Origin: Folioceros fuciformis
Taxonomy: Eukaryota
NCBI GenBank assembly: GCA_049999805.1
Contig: JBNGIO010005900.1
Span: 1-64,000, forward strand
Length of the DNA stretch: 64,000 nucleotides
Reading direction: 5' to 3'
The notes below the pieces were generated by a model, which saw only the letters and a program-made list of their open reading frames with translations, was not told the DNA's origin and searched no databases. Position numbers and translations under genes: made by a program. Shown one piece after another: positions 59,574-64,000 of the stretch. Position 1 is the first letter of the stretch. Every line of letters starts with the position of its first letter.

Positions 59574-62500
59574 ATGGCGGAGGCGCAGATGGAAGGGCAG
59601 CTGGACGTGGATGAGGAGATTGTGGATGAGACGAAATCGGTTTGCATCACCCAGAATTCTTCAGCGCGGCAGCGCATTACCGAGTTGATTCTGTCGCACC
59701 AGGAGGATGTCATACTGGACGCATTCGACAAGCGGTGCCGCGTTGCGCAGGCGGGGCATGCCGTGATGGAGTACGCAAGGGCTTTGTTTCATGCGCTTTG
59801 GCCGCTGGCACGGGAGGATGACACCTCCAGAGCCGCGCAATTGCTGCTGCTGGTCACCTTGCGAGTGCTGCACCTGGTGCATTCGGAGAGGCTGGAGGTG
59901 GACAAGAAGGTGCTGGATTGTATCGCGTTTCTGTCGCAGCACATGGAATTCCTTCCCCGGCACCACATCCCCAAGGTTGTGGAGTCCATTCTGGCGCACC
60001 TGCAGAGCCTGGGGGAGGCGCATACCAGGACTGCCGGTACGTCTACGGCGGGAACTCTGGAGCTGCTGCCAAGGTGCCTGCTGCTTTTGGTCACCTCGGC
60101 TGACCCGGTGGCGGTTTGTTCGGGGGATGCTGAGGATGTTGAGGAGCGCAGGATCAGCGGTCATGCGTATTTGAGTGAAGTGGTAGAGCTGCTTGCCACC
60201 ATTCCGTGGCCCCGACTCTTTCTCATGCGGATTGTCACCATACTGCGTGAGCTTCCTGTAAACGTGCAGCACATGGAGATGCTGCTGAAGAAGGTGTTCC
60301 AGCATGTGAAGGAAGCGGAGCCACAGGAGCTGCCGGCTGTGGTGTACCAGCTCCTTCTGCTCGCCTCCAGGGGCTTCAAGCGCAGTGTGCTCAAGGGCTT
60401 GGTGGCCTTCTTCAACAAGTGGAGCACGGCGAATAAGCCCACAAGAGGCTCGGCGGGCGGGAAGAATCTTGTTAATCGCCAGATTGAAGGAACGGTCGTG
60501 CTGCACATCAATTTCGCTGTGAAGCAGGATCCCACTCTGGGAAAGGAGTGGCTTCAGTTGCTGCGCGCTGGGCAGTCTCTCACACCGTTTACTGTCTCCG
60601 TGCTGCTTTCCATTTCGCGCATTCCACGATTTGAACAGCCGGCATACGATATTCTCAAAGCAGCTGCCCACAAGGCGTACCAGGACACTCAGCACTGCAG
60701 GTTCCTGTTGTTGGTGGGATGCAAAATTTATTTTGTCTTGCACTTTCTTTGTTCAAGCCGACCTGTTTCTGACGACGACGCTCTTGTTGGGACGCAGAGA
60801 ATCTCCTTGGGCATCAGCTGCGCTGGGGTTGCGGTGTAATCGCACAGCGCAAGTTCTGGCACAGTCATTCATGCGAACCGTACATCCTGAGAACCCCTGA
60901 TATTCTCTGTCTGCATCCACCAGGCAAGCTCCACATCGGACTCTGAACATCGGTTGTCTCTTCTAACAGGTGGAGAGCAACAGTTTTGGATGGGACCATA
61001 TCATTCCTAGTGTAGTGCAAATTGGGTTTATGTTGGTTGAGTCGGGGCCAACACCAAGGTCTACCCTCGTAGACACTGGAAGGATATCACTGTCAGGCAG
61101 CCAGGAATTGGGAGCCCAAGTATTGACTGCTGCATTTGAAGCACATGCTATTGCACGTGATGAGGTGATGCCCTCATCACGTTGAATTGGCCCAGTGACT
61201 GCACAACTTGACTCACATCTGTGGCCGGATTCCTCACGCAGCATGTATATACGTGGTGCAGATCATCGAGCAAAGCAAATGTAGAATTATTGGTCTGAAA
61301 CCACAAAACAGTTCTCCAGTAATCAGGCAGGTCGAGATCACTGTCGTCGAGTCTTCAATCAGATTGAGAGCTAGCTTTTGAGTCAGTCTTCGTCATGTTC
61401 TGCCATTCCATTTCCCAGCTCTAATTTCCTACTGCATTCCCCATAATGCTGCTGGCCGCTGTGGTGCACTGACTGTGCAGCATGCTTGCTCAGCTTGTAC
61501 AAAATTATCCTCAGCTGATGCTTGAGCATTCTTCCCGCTTGAAGGAGTGCTTGGATTATTTTACATTCCTTCATTCGGCGGCAGCTTCATCTCTCATCCG
61601 TGCTTTTTGTCCACTGTTTCAACTGAGCCAGGATCTCCAGGTACTCTCTCTCCGAATCACCAGTCTTGTCTCAGTTTACGCAGTTGCCGAAGTCCAGAAC
61701 TTTAAGCTGTTCACTGAACGTAGGTAGGTGTCTTGGTGCTCATCCTTCAGGACTACACAGTTTTGGTGCTAAGAAAGGCAATGTTTAGTCGAGATGCCGG
61801 TGCCAGAATGACAGCAGTGCAAGGTATCGTCGACCTTACGATTGCAAACAAGCTGCAAGATTCAGATTCCGTACCACACTCAAACAGTGAAGCTAGCTGC
61901 AGTCAGAGTTTCAGTCAGAGAGAGAATAAGAGCAATAGTGGAAGGGGTTTCAGCTTGCTCCACGACCTTCTTGGATTGCTGCGACGTTGCCTTTCACAAC
62001 AGGTATGGGAAATCGCTACTTCCAAGTAAGTTCACAGTTGTGCATGGTCCAGCCATGGCCCCACTATTGTCTACTCAATTTCTTGCAGGCCTCGGTGAGG
62101 GAAACGATGTACAAGGGGCTCCCAAGGTTGTTGCTTGTTGATCCTCGTTCATCAGAAGCGATTTTTGATCTTGTTTGGTCGCATTTCCATCGCCTGTATG
62201 AAAACAGCGAGGTAAAGTCAGCTTAAGGAAAACCTTGTTCTTCTCACCCTCCTGCCGCCAGGAAGATCCTGATGAACCTCGGCCGTTATGTACCTTTCAG
62301 AGCAGCTCTGGAACACTGAAGCTGAGCTCTTGCGTGAAGATTCAGGATGGGAGTGTGCATTTAGAGGAGCCAGCCCACCACTTAATATCATGCATATACC
62401 AACTGCAGTTACTGCTTGGAGGACATGGACAAGAATCAGCATATGACTTTGGGTTCACCTTGACTCCAGAACAAGAGGTACAAACATGAATTGTTACATG

Positions 62501-64000
62501 AGGGATTTCCCAAAGAAACGCCTCCAGGCTCATGATGATTCTCCCATTTTCATGTTACATTCTGTTCATCACGTCACAGATTGGCAAAGGCTCCTCTTGT
62601 GAAGCTTTGGCTGCTGCTTTTAGGGATCTACGCCAGAGCATGCAAAGTAGGTGCCTGGGAGGTGAGTCGTGGCTTGAAAACTAGACGGAATCACGGGAAA
62701 GCGCAGTGATTTGGTGGATCTATGTCTGAAAAAGCTACTTGTTTATATGTTGCGTCACAGATTTTAAACTGGACAACACTCAAAACTTTGCTGCTGAGAC
62801 CCTTGAAGGAGAGAGCAATTTGGAACAGGCTCGTATGCTCCTTGGTATTTTGGAGGTTCTCATGAATGCGGCTGTGGCAGACCTTAGCCGTCAGGGGACC
62901 CAAGCAGAGAAAGAGCTGAAAGCATACTTGACGATGCATGACTCCTTGGAACAGGTTTTGACCCAGAAACCAGCAAAAGGTGGACCAAAAGTTGTGAAGG
63001 AACGAGCAAAGCCTGTCTCGAGCAAGTCGGGGCAGTTCCTGGTACCCCGAGCGTCCATGGAGAAGCGCAAGCCTCTCCTTGGAAACCCTTGTATTGCTCA
63101 CCTGCTGCTAGTGGTTGCTGAAAAAATTATGAAATCTGTGAATCAGCAAAGTGGTACCCAACCTGCACCCGAGGTCTCAGAGGTCGCACAGCAACTCTCT
63201 GCCTTCGACTGCAGGCTTGCTTCCTTTGCACTTAGGAGCTGCTGGACTCACTTGAAGGCAGTGTCCACAGATAGCACTGAGCAATCTGAGTTTCTGAGCA
63301 AGCTTCACGATCTGACAGACAGCAATTGGAAGATACTTGCCAGGCCCCTTTCTCAGTTGCTGCTAGCATTGAGGACTTGCGGAGTGAGTACTATGTCGCA
63401 GGATATTCCACATGAAAAGCCAAGAACATGGAGAGGCAAGAAGATGATATCTGGAACGAGTGGGAGCCTTGTTTCAACCGCTGTGAATTGTTTGGATGAG
63501 CTTATAAGGTTGGCAGACCAGCAAAACTGTCTAACAGAAGTATTCAGGGAACTCCGTGTGGATGCTGAACTTGTCGATGAAGAAGGGACGGAAGCTGAAG
63601 CCGCTAAGAGTGAGCAGCGGAGGCTCATTCATGATTGGATTACCCAGCACGCTAAACCGCTTGTGATTGAGTTTTTGAGCCATTCCCAGTGGGAGGAGAT
63701 CCAGGTAGGACACAGTTGGTGGTTTCCCGTGCAAATTACTGCTATTTCAGTAGGTTTCTTTTTCAAGTTTGCAAAGTTGCTGTTAAGTCAAATCAATGCA
63801 AGATTTCGTGCTCGCTGATGCCTTGATAATGCTCGTCGGGGCTGTGCAGATCCTGGCTGGTGTGATTGTGTTGATTTCGAGAAGACTGTCTGCATCTCAA
63901 ATGGAGACGCACAGTGCTTGGGCAGAGAATCTGTGTAGAGAGCACAATGTTACTAGCGCAGTAGCAGCGACTGCCCTGGCTTCAATGGCTACCTGTCTTG
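59574..64000 (+). CDS. FANCI: Fanconi anemia group I protein homolog; multi-exon, continues past the window end
   Basis: ELPAVVYQLLLLASRGFKR; RQIEGTVVLHINFAVKQDPTLGKEWL; SVLLSISRIPRFE; FGWDHIIPSVVQIGF; LKECLDYFTF; DYTVLVLRKAMFSRD; LLRRCLSQQ|ASVRETMYKGL; LEEPAHHL. Confidence 0.93.

Noticed and set aside
59661-60743. 360-aa minus-strand ORF (and the similar 12920..13906 ORF)
   Set aside because: Antisense shadows of GC-rich coding exons (FANCI; OTP51/CIA1).

Overview
Eukaryotic land-plant nuclear DNA, most likely from a hornwort (inferred from a GRP-ending DYW:KP PPR protein, introns of about 80-150 nt and dense gene packing). Genes from left to right: about 7.5 kb with no credible gene; LysM-LysM-M23 peptidoglycan hydrolase (DipM/NlpD-like, -); OTP51 PPR-LAGLIDADG (-), head-to-head with CIA1 (+); SRP72 (+); a possible 79-aa spliced small protein; tRNA-Lys(CUU); a PLS-class PPR-DYW:KP(GRP) candidate U-to-C editor with an N-terminal OSB-type PDF ssDNA-binding motif (-); a sacsin/NOV-like GHKL gene with two frameshifts; DGAT1; a cytochrome b561-domain protein; a mitochondrial carrier; an F-box protein. 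A second, decayed sacsin/NOV-like copy is split by a repeat island (minisatellites, a telomere-like array, a CRE-like non-LTR RT relic) and by an intact intronless NDC1. Then come ClpP6 (-) head-to-head with ALKBH8 (+), a DUF2306-like gene with a decayed tandem duplicate, and FANCI running off the right edge. There are three N gaps. The most interesting features are the PDF-motif/DYW:KP fusion and the NDC1-containing island inside the pseudogene. All family assignments come from remembered motifs; no database searches were run.
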